A stretch of 64,000 nt of DNA from positions 2,784,001-2,848,000 of the forward strand of contig OY821645.1 in NCBI GenBank assembly GCA_963682135.1, given 5' to 3'. Numbering within the stretch: the first letter of the stretch is position 1; each line of letters starts with the position of its first letter. The notes under the pieces are model-generated. The model was not told where the DNA came from, made no database searches, and worked only from the letters and a program-made list of their open reading frames with translations. Below are positions 9,491-19,657 of the stretch, one piece after another. Origin of the DNA: Methanothrix sp. (GTDB taxonomy: Archaea; Halobacteriota; Methanosarcinia; Methanotrichales; Methanotrichaceae). The translations under genes and the position numbers were made by a program.

Positions 9491-9997
9491 TCAAAGTGTA
9501 ACTTTTACATCCTTGCCGGCAAAAGCCTCTTTGAGATGCTCTTCCTGCTCCTTGGATAGGGATGTCTTCAATACCTTAACGTTCTTGTACTTCCTAAGCT
9601 CGTCCATTACTTTGTCCGGTGTGGACTCTCTAACCAGCAGGAACAATGCCGAGTTTCCAGGCTGTATGGTGTTTGCTACCTCTTTGATAAATTGTTCGTC
9701 CATACCCACATTTGTATATTTCCCTGCAATGGCTCCGGCGGCTGCACCGAGAACCAACCCGAATATCGGTACAAGGAAGATGAGACCGATCAGAAGTCCC
9801 CAGAAGGCTCCGCCCAGAGCCCCTGCTCCTACCATATCGACTTCTTGATTCACCTTAACCTTCCCATCCTTGTTTCTTATGACAACCGCGGCATCCTCCA
9901 ATCCTATGAGATGCTCTTTTTGAAGCTTTAGCAGGTCATCTCTCATCATCCCCGCACTAGTTTCCGTATCGAAGGCCAACACAACCAAATCACTCAT
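9491..9997 (-). CDS. DUF1269-family membrane protein
   Basis: LEDAAVV, GALGGAFWGLLIGLIF glycine zipper, PGNSALFLL, KTSLS. Confidence 0.85.
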   Translation of the reverse strand: MSDLVVLAFDTETSAGMMRDDLLKLQKEHLIGLEDAAVVIRNKDGKVKVNQEVDMVGAGALGGAFWGLLIGLIFLVPIFGLVLGAAAGAIAGKYTNVGMDEQFIKEVANTIQPGNSALFLLVRESTPDKVMDELRKYKNVKVLKTSLSKEQEEHLKEAFAGKDVKVTL

Positions 9998-10075
9998 TAT
10001 TAGAAACCTCCAGAATTACTTGTACCACTTGTTGCTTATAGACTTTTCCAAATATCTGGATCTATATTCGTCATA

Positions 10076-10777
10076 TTATTGGATCTGTTTTCCATTCCTC
10101 GGGATGGCAGTGATCATGGTTCGCCAGGTGGTATTGTCAAAATACAGAGCGTCAAACCACATCCAGTAAAAACGATTGGCATTAACGAAGGAGTAGCCGT
10201 CGCAGTAATCATCATACTTATCATAAGGATCTGCCAGAATCAAGACATCATCCCACGGATCGCTAACATTTTGATAGTCGTATCCAACCGCGATCGCCCA
10301 ATGTCCGCTCAGGTCTATCCATTCCACCAAGGTCGGAATGCCCTGCAAAATGTTGTCTCGCAGCCGCTCTAATGCAGTACCATCACCTTTGTCCTCAAAC
10401 TCAAGTAACACATCAAAACCATTCTTCTCAAGCCAGGCAATCATTTCCTGTGGTTTTGTTCCCGGCTGGGATGAATTCAAGTCTCTTGTGCCTAATTCTT
10501 GAGCAATTTTCATTTCAGTCTTTGCATCATTTTCAATATAAGGGCATCCATAAAATTTAGCCAGGGAGAGTAATACTGCTGGGCCGCATGTATAGTCGGT
10601 CGTTTGCTGGTAGCCTGTCAAACCCGGAATAAAATCAACATTCTGTGAGGTGGAGAGGATAGCCGTATCAATTTTTGGAAACCACGCAATCGTGCTATTT
10701 TCCCCATAAGAGCAAGCGCAGGAGACAAGAACAATCGAGATGATAACTAAGGGTGTAGCAATAGTAATTTTCTTCAT
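10076..10777 (-). CDS. Secreted C39-like (papain-fold) cysteine peptidase
   Basis: Signal peptide; QQTTDYTCGPA (Cys), GHW (His), LADP (Asp). Confidence 0.8.
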   Translation of the reverse strand: MKKITIATPLVIISIVLVSCACSYGENSTIAWFPKIDTAILSTSQNVDFIPGLTGYQQTTDYTCGPAVLLSLAKFYGCPYIENDAKTEMKIAQELGTRDLNSSQPGTKPQEMIAWLEKNGFDVLLEFEDKGDGTALERLRDNILQGIPTLVEWIDLSGHWAIAVGYDYQNVSDPWDDVLILADPYDKYDDYCDGYSFVNANRFYWMWFDALYFDNTTWRTMITAIPRNGKQIQ

Positions 10778-10886
10778 TTCGCTATTTGTGATGCGCTCTG
10801 ATAATATAAAGATTATTCGTCAGAATGTTTATGTGGATGAAGAGGTCTATGAAGATGATTGGAATGCTTTATGGAGATGAAGACCC

Positions 10887-11156
10887 ATGTTCAATACCAA
10901 AAAGAAGAATGAAAATGGGGAAGTTGTAGTAGCTATTTGCCCGCTATGCAATTTACGCGTTGAATTTATCGGCGCTCCGATGGTAAGATGCTATTCCATA
11001 GGAGACATGTATGAGCCGGAGAGAATTATTTGGGTTCTGGAATCAGATGTCCCGAAAGAAACCGGATACGATGTGGAGAATTCGAGGGGTGACAACAAGG
11101 AGCAAGATTTCTTGCCTAATGCGCACGTCACGGAAGATGAGAAAGAGGGACGATAG
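10887..11156 (+). CDS. Hypothetical protein (CPLC motif)
   Basis: 89-aa ORF with GGAG upstream; no recognised family. Confidence 0.45.
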   Translation: MFNTKKKNENGEVVVAICPLCNLRVEFIGAPMVRCYSIGDMYEPERIIWVLESDVPKETGYDVENSRGDNKEQDFLPNAHVTEDEKEGR

Positions 11157-11247
11157 AGAACGAGGTAATAATGTCTGCAGAATTGCTCCTCCTGTCCAGG
11201 GGATCGGGCCGGCCCGATGATATGAATTATCCTTTACCGAGGCTCGC

Positions 11248-12159
11248 ATGTACAGGGTAGTCAGACGCAGGGAGATGGCCGGTGGAGATATCATTCTCAA
11301 TGAGATTGAAGCGCCTAAGATCGCCCGAATTGCCCAGCCGGGACAGTTCGTGATTCTCAGGGCTAATGAGGTTGGAGAGCGTATCCCCATGACCATGGCA
11401 GACATAAATGCAGCAAATGGGACCATTACCATCATCTACCATGTGGTGGGCCGGTCCACGGCGCTATTCAAGATCCTGCAGGTGGGTGACTATTACCTGA
11501 ATGTGGCCGGACCACTGGGTCGGCCTACCGAAGTAGGAAATGTGGGAACAGCCATCTGCGTGGGCGGAGGAACGGGACTAGCCGTTCTCTATCCCATTGC
11601 CAAAAAACTAAAGAGCCTGGGAAATCGGGTGGTGAGCATCATCGGGGCTCGCACCAGGGAGCTTGTCATCCTTCAAGAGGAGATGGCTGCCGTCTCCGAT
11701 GTTCTCATGATCTGCACGGATGACGGTTCATTGGGGCGCAAAGCAGTGGTGACAGAGCTATTAGAAGAGGCCCTGAAAGAAGAGGTCCCGGGATTAGTAG
11801 TAGCCATCGGGCCTGTGCTAATGATGAAAATGGTCAGCGATGTCACGCGGCCCCGTCAGATTAAGACCATCGTCAGTCTCAACCCCATCATGATTGACGG
11901 CACTGGCATGTGTGGCAGTTGCAGAGTCGAAGTGGGTGGAGAGACGAAGCTGGCCTGCGTGGATGGGCCGGAGTTTGACGGCCACCAGGTGAACTACGAG
12001 CTGCTCATGGCTCGCCTCTCTGCCTTCCAGGAGGAGGAGACGCAGGCCCTGCGGGCGCATGGGGAAGAAGAGATGCATAGATGCCGCTTGAAAGAGGGGC
12101 ATTTGGATGATATGATGGGAAAAGCCAAATACATAAACGGGAAGATATCTAACCAATGA
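11248..12159 (+). CDS. Sulfide/dihydroorotate dehydrogenase-like FAD/NAD-binding subunit (NfnA/SudB-like)
   Basis: PGQFVILR, ERIPMT, GPLG, GGGTG, MIDGTGMCGSCRV, CVDGPEFD [2Fe-2S] motif. Confidence 0.88.
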   Translation: MYRVVRRREMAGGDIILNEIEAPKIARIAQPGQFVILRANEVGERIPMTMADINAANGTITIIYHVVGRSTALFKILQVGDYYLNVAGPLGRPTEVGNVGTAICVGGGTGLAVLYPIAKKLKSLGNRVVSIIGARTRELVILQEEMAAVSDVLMICTDDGSLGRKAVVTELLEEALKEEVPGLVVAIGPVLMMKMVSDVTRPRQIKTIVSLNPIMIDGTGMCGSCRVEVGGETKLACVDGPEFDGHQVNYELLMARLSAFQEEETQALRAHGEEEMHRCRLKEGHLDDMMGKAKYINGKISNQ

Positions 12160-12785
12160 AGCGGCTCACTGCATATGTCTCAGGCAAAGTCCAAAGGGTA
12201 GGCTATAGGGCTAGGGTTATCCAGTCAGCAAATGGCTTGGGTCTAAAAGGCATAATCGAGAACCTGAGCGATGGACGAGTTCGAATTATTGCTGAAGGCG
12301 ATGAAGAGAAGATGAAACTATTCGAGGGTGCAATAGACATAAAGAATACATTCATCCAGGTCACTTCTATTGAAAAGATATATTCTCAGCCTTATGGCGA
12401 ATTTGGCAGCTTTTATAAACTTGTCGGGACGGGCGAGACCGACTCCCGCCTTGATGAGGGAATTGGCGTACTGAAAGACATGAGAGATCTGCTCATTGCA
12501 ATTTGCGGTAAGCAGGATAATATGCTCGGCAAGCAAGACCAAATGCTCGGCAAGCAAGACCAAATGCTCGGCAAGCAAGACCAAATGCTCGGCAAGCAAG
12601 ACCAAATGCTTGGCAAGCAAGACCAAATGCTCGGCAAACAGGATGAAATCCTTTTCGAGATCAAGGATATGAACAGTAGCCTCAACGATAAAATGGATAA
12701 GCTTCTGGATAAGAGCGACATTATTGAATTGAAGGGTGATGTGGCCGAGATGAGGTCTGCTCTGAGGGCAAAGGGTATTATTTAG
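12156..12785 (+). CDS. Acylphosphatase-domain protein with heptad-repeat coiled coil (copy 1)
   Basis: VSGKVQRVGYR, GIIENLSDGRV; (GKQDQML)n; C-terminus ALRAKGII. Confidence 0.85.
   Translation: MKRLTAYVSGKVQRVGYRARVIQSANGLGLKGIIENLSDGRVRIIAEGDEEKMKLFEGAIDIKNTFIQVTSIEKIYSQPYGEFGSFYKLVGTGETDSRLDEGIGVLKDMRDLLIAICGKQDNMLGKQDQMLGKQDQMLGKQDQMLGKQDQMLGKQDQMLGKQDEILFEIKDMNSSLNDKMDKLLDKSDIIELKGDVAEMRSALRAKGII
12507..12653 (+). repeat. In-frame 21-bp tandem repeat, 7 units (GGCAAGCAAGACCAAATGCTC)
   Basis: Directly visible; five near-perfect internal units flanked by two variant units. Confidence 0.95.
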
Positions 12786-12976
12786 CATGAGGGCCTAATT
12801 TGAGCCAAGCAGTACACTGCCGGTGATTACTGCAACGTCTCTGTGCAAAAGTGGATGAGTGGTCATTCTTCCGGATGGCGGCCCAGGGCGAATGGCGCAT
12901 CTCCGGTGGGATTTCTAAACCAATAACATGCAAATATTTATAGCTATGTTAAACTCATTACTCTTGGAGGTTTTGC

Positions 12977-13867
12977 ATGAAAAATATTCTAACAATAATT
13001 GCTTTCATTTCCCTGCTATATCTGCCTGTTGTCCTTGCAGAGGATGTAAGCGTTGATCAGCTCAAGCAGATGACAACTGCATCCGCGGACAATCTCACAA
13101 CCTATACCTACTCCCGCTCCGCAGAAAGCACTATCATCTACAGCAATGAATCGCTCCAAGATAAATTTGCTGCAGTCAAGGCCACCGAGGGTAAAGTGAA
13201 CCTGACAGCACAGTCCGGTTGGTGGAGCCATCAGCTTACAGATATTGGAACCGGGCAAGTCCTCTACTGGCAAGGATACTTCCTAAATGGCACGGAAATA
13301 TGGAAAGAGGGAGATAACTGGACCCAATTTGTCATCGACGATCCGGATCTGGTTATGGCGGACTATAACGAGCTTTCCAGTCAAGTGGCGCTCCTATACT
13401 ACAGCAACCTATCGATCAAAGGAACGGAGACCATTGACGGTGAAGACTGCTACGTGATTGCGGCAGAACCGATCCCATTGATCAAGAAGACCATCTTGGG
13501 CACGCAGATCTATGCCGCCTATCTCTCTTCGCCTTTCCCAATGCCCGATGAATTCGACAACAAGAACCTTGACTTGGATAATACCTCAATTCAGGGTAAC
13601 AGCAATGTCTCAGTAACAGCCTGGATTTCCAAGCAGTCCTCTCTGCTAAAGAGAATTGAGATTGATTCCAGCTTAACCCTGACGCCCTCGATTCTCAAGA
13701 TAGTGGAGCAAAACTTTACCATACAGTCGACTCTGCAGGAAAGGACCGATTATGGCAATTTTGGTGAGAGCGTGCAAATTGTGCTTCCCGAAGAAAGCCA
13801 AAATCAATCACCCCGCATAAAGGGCGCAGATTGGAGATGGGCAATCTTTGGACTGGTGGAGCCCTAA
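12977..13867 (+). CDS. Secreted hypothetical protein (possible LolA/LppX-like fold)
   Basis: Signal peptide; GTETIDGEDCYVI; WISKQSSLLKRI; DYGNFGESVQIVLP. Confidence 0.65.
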   Translation: MKNILTIIAFISLLYLPVVLAEDVSVDQLKQMTTASADNLTTYTYSRSAESTIIYSNESLQDKFAAVKATEGKVNLTAQSGWWSHQLTDIGTGQVLYWQGYFLNGTEIWKEGDNWTQFVIDDPDLVMADYNELSSQVALLYYSNLSIKGTETIDGEDCYVIAAEPIPLIKKTILGTQIYAAYLSSPFPMPDEFDNKNLDLDNTSIQGNSNVSVTAWISKQSSLLKRIEIDSSLTLTPSILKIVEQNFTIQSTLQERTDYGNFGESVQIVLPEESQNQSPRIKGADWRWAIFGLVEP

Positions 13868-13883
13868 TTGGAGGGATAAATAG

Positions 13884-14357
13884 ATGAAATTTTTCAAGAA
13901 TATTCTCTTGAGCTTTTGCATACTGGCATTTCTGTCCTCAGGTATGCTTGCGGCCATGGCACAAGATCCAGCCGATCAGGCACGCTCTTACTGTGTTAAG
14001 TCAGGCTATCTTTACAGTTCATCTCCCGGTGTCAATGGTGGTCAAGGAATGTGTGTGTTCCCTGATAAGAGTTGGTGCGATTCCCAGGCATTTTTCCAGG
14101 GAACCTGCAATCGCAGCCTAAAGCCAAATATCATTCCGGGATATGTCTCAGAATCGGATGGCATGTGGGTACAATCGGTTGAATCGATCTGCCGGGGCAG
14201 GGGAGGCAGTCTGAGGAGCGTCCATACGCCTTATGGTGATATTACTATGTGCGCGTTTGCTGATGGAAGGACCTGTGATCTGAAATCTCTGGCAGAGGGA
14301 AGATGCGGCGGGGATATGTGGCTGGCATATGCTCGTTCCTGGCTTGATGCGCCGTAA
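13884..14357 (+). CDS. Secreted protein with tandem DUF333-like Cys-rich domains
   Basis: Signal peptide; YCVKSG...GMCVFPD..WC..FFQGTC and CRGRGG...MCAFADGRTC. Confidence 0.75.
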   Translation: MKFFKNILLSFCILAFLSSGMLAAMAQDPADQARSYCVKSGYLYSSSPGVNGGQGMCVFPDKSWCDSQAFFQGTCNRSLKPNIIPGYVSESDGMWVQSVESICRGRGGSLRSVHTPYGDITMCAFADGRTCDLKSLAEGRCGGDMWLAYARSWLDAP

Positions 14358-14466
14358 ACTACTTATATTTTCTTCTATCTTTTAATAAAAATTTTTACAT
14401 ATAAAATTGAGCGACCAAACTGTTATATTTGAGCAAAAATATCCATAAACGGTAGGATGATCGCCA

Positions 14467-15573
14467 ATGAATTCTGATGAAGTTTGGTTTTCTCATAGAG
14501 AAAAAATCTTCCAAATCGAAGATGGAAAGGTCGAATGGACAGATGAGCCGAAGGTATGGAACTGGGATCACTGCACAATAACGCTCGTAAAATCCCCAAA
14601 GAAAAGGCTCAGAGTAGTGGTAAGGAGCAACGCCAACCGAAACCAGACATCGTTTAAGGTCAACCGGCCAATGACCCTGAGATATATGCTGGGTTTCGAT
14701 ATTGATCAGGTTTATCCGCTGAAATGCGAGAGTCCGAATTCGAAAAAAGACTCTGAAAATAGTAACCTATCATGGACCGGTCCGGGGGATAGATGGGTAT
14801 TTCAACTGGATGAAGATTATTGGATATGGGAGTACAAAGGAGACGGATCGGACGTCACTTCCTCGAATGTCTATAAGATCTATCAGGAGATAATGGGAAA
14901 TCTATCAGGCACTCACCAGGACGGCTTTGATCAGGTCTTCGATTTGCAGCCGAAAAGCCTGAGCGATAAGATGGTCATAGATCATCTCCAATCTCCACCC
15001 GGCAAAATGTTGGATCGCATTATTCCCGCAATATACCAGCCGGCAGTAGATGGCTTAAAGAACTATCTTCGAGAGGTACATTGTGCTCAAAAAGATCTTG
15101 ATGGTGGAATTTCTGAGGTAGAGGTTACCCTGATCTTTAATAACGAAGAATTAAGGAAACATCGCCTCCTGGACATACCATATCGGGAGCTTCGCCGCTT
15201 GATGTATAATCGAGACAGCGATGTGGAGAGCTTTAAAATACGTATCGACAGAAACAATATGCAAAACAATCGTTTCATCTTCAAAAACATCCACAGCATA
15301 ATCGATGGTAGAAACAATGATTTGAATGAGGATTCGATACATGGTGATCCGGACGGTATTGGAAATGCTATCAGCTACTACTTAATTGACTACGGTCATC
15401 CGGTAGTGTTTGTGAACACATCCAATCATGCCATGGCCGAGCATGATGCCAACCAGAAGCTATGGAAATGGGAGTATGTGCCTGGCGTAATGGATTCGCC
15501 GCTGATTCTGGGAAGCAAGACTCGTAAAGAAATAGATGCTGAATTTGATCGAGGGCAGGTAAACAAAACATGA
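14467..15573 (+). CDS. Hypothetical protein
   Basis: 368-aa ORF; no recognised family; ATGA overlap with the next gene. Confidence 0.7.
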   Translation: MNSDEVWFSHREKIFQIEDGKVEWTDEPKVWNWDHCTITLVKSPKKRLRVVVRSNANRNQTSFKVNRPMTLRYMLGFDIDQVYPLKCESPNSKKDSENSNLSWTGPGDRWVFQLDEDYWIWEYKGDGSDVTSSNVYKIYQEIMGNLSGTHQDGFDQVFDLQPKSLSDKMVIDHLQSPPGKMLDRIIPAIYQPAVDGLKNYLREVHCAQKDLDGGISEVEVTLIFNNEELRKHRLLDIPYRELRRLMYNRDSDVESFKIRIDRNNMQNNRFIFKNIHSIIDGRNNDLNEDSIHGDPDGIGNAISYYLIDYGHPVVFVNTSNHAMAEHDANQKLWKWEYVPGVMDSPLILGSKTRKEIDAEFDRGQVNKT

Positions 15574-16319
15574 GAAAGATCATCAAGATAGACCCGCAGC
15601 TATGTAATGGCTGCGGTGAATGCATCACCGCCTGTGCGGAAGGCGCCATCGAGCTTAAGGACGGAAAAGCCCGGGTGGTGAGCGACAGCTTCTGCGACGG
15701 CCTGGGCGCATGTCTGGCCGTTTGCCCCCAGGGTGCTCTCACCATCGAGGAGCGCGAAGCCACGCAGTTTGACGAGAAGGGAGCCAAAGAGCATAAAAGT
15801 TCGGCCCACAATCATGGGCGAATAAATCCTGCAAGATGTGCGGACCCTTCTTCCGTTGTCACGCCTTGCTCGGCTCCCATTACCCTGAAGCCTAATCAGG
15901 AGGTTCATGCAGATTTTTCCCGCGAAAAGATAAAACCCGGCGAAGATCATGCCAATGAATTGTGCGGTTGGCCCATCCAGATGAGGCTGGTGCGCCCCTG
16001 GGCCCCTTACCTGCAGGGCGCTCGCCTGCTGGTAGCCGGAGACTGCACTGCTTTTGCCTATCCTGCCATACAGCAGGACTTCATAAAGGGCCGCGTGGCC
16101 CTGGTAGGTTGCCCCAAGCTCGATGAAACCGGGCCCTTTGTGGAAAAGCTGGCCGAGATTCTCAAGCAAAACGAGATCAAGGACATTGCTGTGCTGCACA
16201 TGACTGTGCCCTGCTGCTCTCAGCTTGCCCAGCTGGTTTCACAAGCCGTGCACCGATCTGGGAAAGATGTGCCTGTGAAGAGCTATGTGGTGGGAATCGA
16301 AGGAAAGCTAATTACTTAA
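15570..16319 (+). CDS. 4Fe-4S dicluster ferredoxin-domain protein with C-terminal Cys-rich domain
   Basis: CNGCGECITAC, CDGLGACLAVCP; WPIQ, GDCTAF, GCPKLD, VPCC. Confidence 0.85.
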   Translation: MRKIIKIDPQLCNGCGECITACAEGAIELKDGKARVVSDSFCDGLGACLAVCPQGALTIEEREATQFDEKGAKEHKSSAHNHGRINPARCADPSSVVTPCSAPITLKPNQEVHADFSREKIKPGEDHANELCGWPIQMRLVRPWAPYLQGARLLVAGDCTAFAYPAIQQDFIKGRVALVGCPKLDETGPFVEKLAEILKQNEIKDIAVLHMTVPCCSQLAQLVSQAVHRSGKDVPVKSYVVGIEGKLIT

Positions 16320-16362
16320 CTGACAATTTGATTCTTCAGCAGCAGAATCTAAATAGCTGAAT

Positions 16363-17457
16363 TTGGAAACGAATACATGGGTGAATCAGGTTATGGATTT
16401 CAGCCGTCGTTTTGACATGGCAGCAGGCTCTCTGGTCTTCCTGGTCTTTCTCGCCACAGTTTACCTGACCAAGGACTTCCTTACCACTATTTTGCTGAGC
16501 ATAGTCATGGTATTTCTCCTCAAGCCGCTTTTTGCCGCTTTCTTTCGTCTGACCCGGCAGAGACAGATATCCTCCTTATTCTCCATATTGATTGTCTTCA
16601 TCTTTATTCTGGCCATCCTGCTCGGCATCACCACTGTGCTCCTGGTGGAGATATCCAATCTGGAAAGGTCTGGGGCCCTGTCAGGCATCCAATTCACGGT
16701 CATAACCCAGGAGATCGACAGATGGGCCATGAGCGCCCTTCCTGTTTGGGTTTATAATTATGTGAATGTCATAATACTTAAAAACGTACAGGAGATAAGC
16801 GACATCCCTGTGACCATTGCCACCTGGCTCTTTCCCATTGTGCAGCGAGAGCTAACCTCATTTGCCTCCAATCTGCCCGTGCTTTTTGCTCAATTGATTG
16901 TAGTGGTGTTCTTCACCTACTACATCCTCATCGACGGCAAAGAGTTCCTGGCCAAGGCTGTGGACCTGGTTCCCAGGCAGAAACGGGCAATTGTTCTGGA
17001 TTTTCTGCAGGAGCTTAGCGGCATCTATAACACCCTTTTTACAGTCTACTTCACCACATCTATGTTAAGCGGTGTTTTGGCTGCGATCGGCTTTTCCATG
17101 CTGGGCATGCCCTATCCCTATTTGATGGGGGTTGTTGTGGGCATCTTTACGCTCGTTCCCATGCTGGGTCCGCCTTTTGTATTCATTCCACTGGCGCTCT
17201 ATTATCTATTCATGGGGGATGTGATCCGTTTCTTGATAATCATGATATTCGGAACGGTGGTTCTCATGGTGATCCCTGAAAATGTAATCCGTCCTCATCT
17301 AGCCATGAAAAGCTCCAGGATTCATCCTATAGTCACATTGCTCGCGTACACCGCCCCCATATTCGTAGTAGGAATCATAGGCGTGATTATCGGCCCCACT
17401 CTCTACGGCTTTCTCCTGGCGGCCTACCGAGCAGCTATCAATAACCGGGAGACTTGA
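16363..17457 (+). CDS. AI-2E family (PerM-like) transporter
   Basis: Multi-TM; YYILIDG, ENVIRP, IHP, GVIIGP. Confidence 0.87.
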   Translation: METNTWVNQVMDFSRRFDMAAGSLVFLVFLATVYLTKDFLTTILLSIVMVFLLKPLFAAFFRLTRQRQISSLFSILIVFIFILAILLGITTVLLVEISNLERSGALSGIQFTVITQEIDRWAMSALPVWVYNYVNVIILKNVQEISDIPVTIATWLFPIVQRELTSFASNLPVLFAQLIVVVFFTYYILIDGKEFLAKAVDLVPRQKRAIVLDFLQELSGIYNTLFTVYFTTSMLSGVLAAIGFSMLGMPYPYLMGVVVGIFTLVPMLGPPFVFIPLALYYLFMGDVIRFLIIMIFGTVVLMVIPENVIRPHLAMKSSRIHPIVTLLAYTAPIFVVGIIGVIIGPTLYGFLLAAYRAAINNRET

Positions 17458-17522
17458 CGAATGGAAAGCTTTATCTCTTTTTATAGGTCACTAGTTTAGT
17501 TCAGTTCCATGGAGCTTTAAAG

Positions 17523-18815
17523 ATGGGCGTAGAGAATGGCTTGGAGAAGTTTGGTGCTATTGATATTGCAGAGCTGCTGCTGACTGCAGATATTTATAAC
17601 CGCACAGAGAATTTGACTGAAGACGACCTACCTCCCAATATTCGCAAGCATTACTTCGATGGGCAGACTAGAAGCGTCAAGAGGCCGATTTATGTAACCA
17701 GTGCCGATGCACAGAAGATTTATGGCATTGAGAATGTCAAAGCGGTTATAAAAGATCTCACTTTTGTGGCTTTTGAGGAATTTGGCTCCCAGCTCCGGCT
17801 GACCGTATTCGATGTGGCGGCCAAGTGGTTTGCCAATCAAAAGGATCTGGCAAGGATTAAATCGAATCCCACATTGGCCTACTTCTATGAGAACTATGAT
17901 TCTCTGGATGTGAGCTATGCTCAGGCCAGGAGCGCCAATAAGCCTCTTTCAGCCGACCGGGAATGGATAGACGCTAAGATTAAGGAGCTTTGCAAAGATT
18001 CCAAGGAGGCGGAAGATCTTCTTAAGCTGGCCTACATCAAGGCCCCTGAGGATGTTAGGGATAAAATTGCCGGTCTGATTTTGACAGAGGATCAGAAGTC
18101 TGAGATAGAAAAGATGGGCAAGGCTCTGAAAAATCGGCTATATCTGCGAGAGATCGGGCTCTACGAAATAGGCAAACTTCTTTTCGTCGGCCCGCCGGGA
18201 ACCGGCAAGACCTCTACCGCCCGGGCTCTTTCCAGTTGGTTTTCTCTACCCATTGTGGAAGTTCGCCTCTCCATGATCACCAGCCAGTATTTGGGGGAGA
18301 CGTCCAAGAACATAGACAAGGTCTTTGAGCTGGCCAAGAGGCTATCCCCCTGCATACTGCTCATTGATGAGTTCGATTTTGTGGCCAAGACCAGGACCTC
18401 AGATGAGCACGGCGCCATGAAGAGGGCCGTCAACTCGCTCCTTAAAGCCATAGATGAGATCAGCCTGGTGGAGCATGGCGTTTTGCTCCTGGCGGCCACC
18501 AACCACCCCCAGCTTCTGGATTACGCGGCCTGGCGGAGGTTTGACAAAGTATTGAGCTTTCCCCTGCCGGACAAGGATATGAGGCGCAAGATCCTGGACA
18601 AGGTGATCTCCCGCATTGATGCAGATGTCGATACGGCTGCTCTTGCAGAAGCGACGGAGGGCTACTCGGGCTCGGACCTGCGGTTGGTTATCAGGGAAGC
18701 GGTGCTCAATGCTCTCCTGGAGGATCGCAAACATTTGAGCCAGGAAGATCTGGATATTTCTATTGAGGAGTTCCGGCGCAGGATCTCTGATTACAAGCGG
18801 AGCGTTACGGCATGA
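17523..18815 (+). CDS. AAA+ ATPase
   Basis: Walker A GPPGTGKT, Walker B LLIDEFD, ATNHPQLLDYAAWRRFD. Confidence 0.92.
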   Translation: MGVENGLEKFGAIDIAELLLTADIYNRTENLTEDDLPPNIRKHYFDGQTRSVKRPIYVTSADAQKIYGIENVKAVIKDLTFVAFEEFGSQLRLTVFDVAAKWFANQKDLARIKSNPTLAYFYENYDSLDVSYAQARSANKPLSADREWIDAKIKELCKDSKEAEDLLKLAYIKAPEDVRDKIAGLILTEDQKSEIEKMGKALKNRLYLREIGLYEIGKLLFVGPPGTGKTSTARALSSWFSLPIVEVRLSMITSQYLGETSKNIDKVFELAKRLSPCILLIDEFDFVAKTRTSDEHGAMKRAVNSLLKAIDEISLVEHGVLLLAATNHPQLLDYAAWRRFDKVLSFPLPDKDMRRKILDKVISRIDADVDTAALAEATEGYSGSDLRLVIREAVLNALLEDRKHLSQEDLDISIEEFRRRISDYKRSVTA

Positions 18816-18843
18816 GTTGCGCCATATGGGCCATGAGGAGCGC

Positions 18844-19587
18844 ATGAAGGTCACTCTCCTGGGTACGGGCGATGCCATTGGTACGCCCAAGATCGGCTGC
18901 AAGTGTCCCGCATGTATGGATGCCCTGCGTGGTGGCAGAAGCCGCAGGATGAGGTTTTCCGTTCTCATCGAGTCGGATGAGGATGACGGAAGGGTCTTGG
19001 TGGACAGCAGCCCTGATCTGCGCTGGCAGCTATTAAAGAAGGATATATCCAGCGTGGACGGCGTTATCTGGACGCATGCCCATTATGATCACTATGCCGG
19101 CTTTGGGGATTTTCACCGGGTGCAAAGTCATGTGGATGTTTATGCCCTCAAGGAGACTATGGACTATATCTTAAACTATCTCTATTTCCTCAATCCCGTG
19201 CGCCACGACGCTGTAGCCTATCAGCCTTTCGATATTGCAGGCATGCAGTTCACCCTATTTCCCGTCAACCATCCACCCACAGAGACGGTGGGGGTGCGCA
19301 TAGACGACGGCAATAAAGTGGTGGTGATCACCAGCGACACCAAGATGGAGATTGCGGCAGAAAGCCTGGAGCTGATGAAGGATGCTGATTTGATGCTGGC
19401 GGATGCCATTACCCCGCCCGGCTACACCATCAGCAAGCACATGACGGCAGACGAAGCCATTGCTCTGGGGGAGCGATTGGGGGCGAAAAGACTGCTGCTA
19501 ACGCATCTCAGCCACCTCTATCCGCCCCATGAGATTGCTCTCAAGGAGTGGCCGCTGGGCCATGACATGATGGAGATTGTGCTGTAA
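18844..19587 (+). CDS. Metallo-beta-lactamase fold hydrolase (PhnP-like)
   Basis: LLGTGDAIGTPKIGCKCPAC, THAHYDH, THLSH; start placed at ATG 18844. Confidence 0.88.
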   Translation: MKVTLLGTGDAIGTPKIGCKCPACMDALRGGRSRRMRFSVLIESDEDDGRVLVDSSPDLRWQLLKKDISSVDGVIWTHAHYDHYAGFGDFHRVQSHVDVYALKETMDYILNYLYFLNPVRHDAVAYQPFDIAGMQFTLFPVNHPPTETVGVRIDDGNKVVVITSDTKMEIAAESLELMKDADLMLADAITPPGYTISKHMTADEAIALGERLGAKRLLLTHLSHLYPPHEIALKEWPLGHDMMEIVL

Positions 19588-19657
19588 AATCCTGCAAAAC
19601 TATTCTTTCGCTGAAATATAGCGTTAAAGACATATACAAAGAGCTAAAGACAGTTAG

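Noticed and set aside
12507-12653. Possible CRISPR array (also 20006-20173)
   Set aside because: Head-to-tail repeats without unique spacers, in frame within CDSs; no cas genes in the window.
12790-12910. Hairpin-rich stretch after AcyP copy 1
   Set aside because: Short imperfect stems with no second copy or recognisable motif; insufficient evidence.
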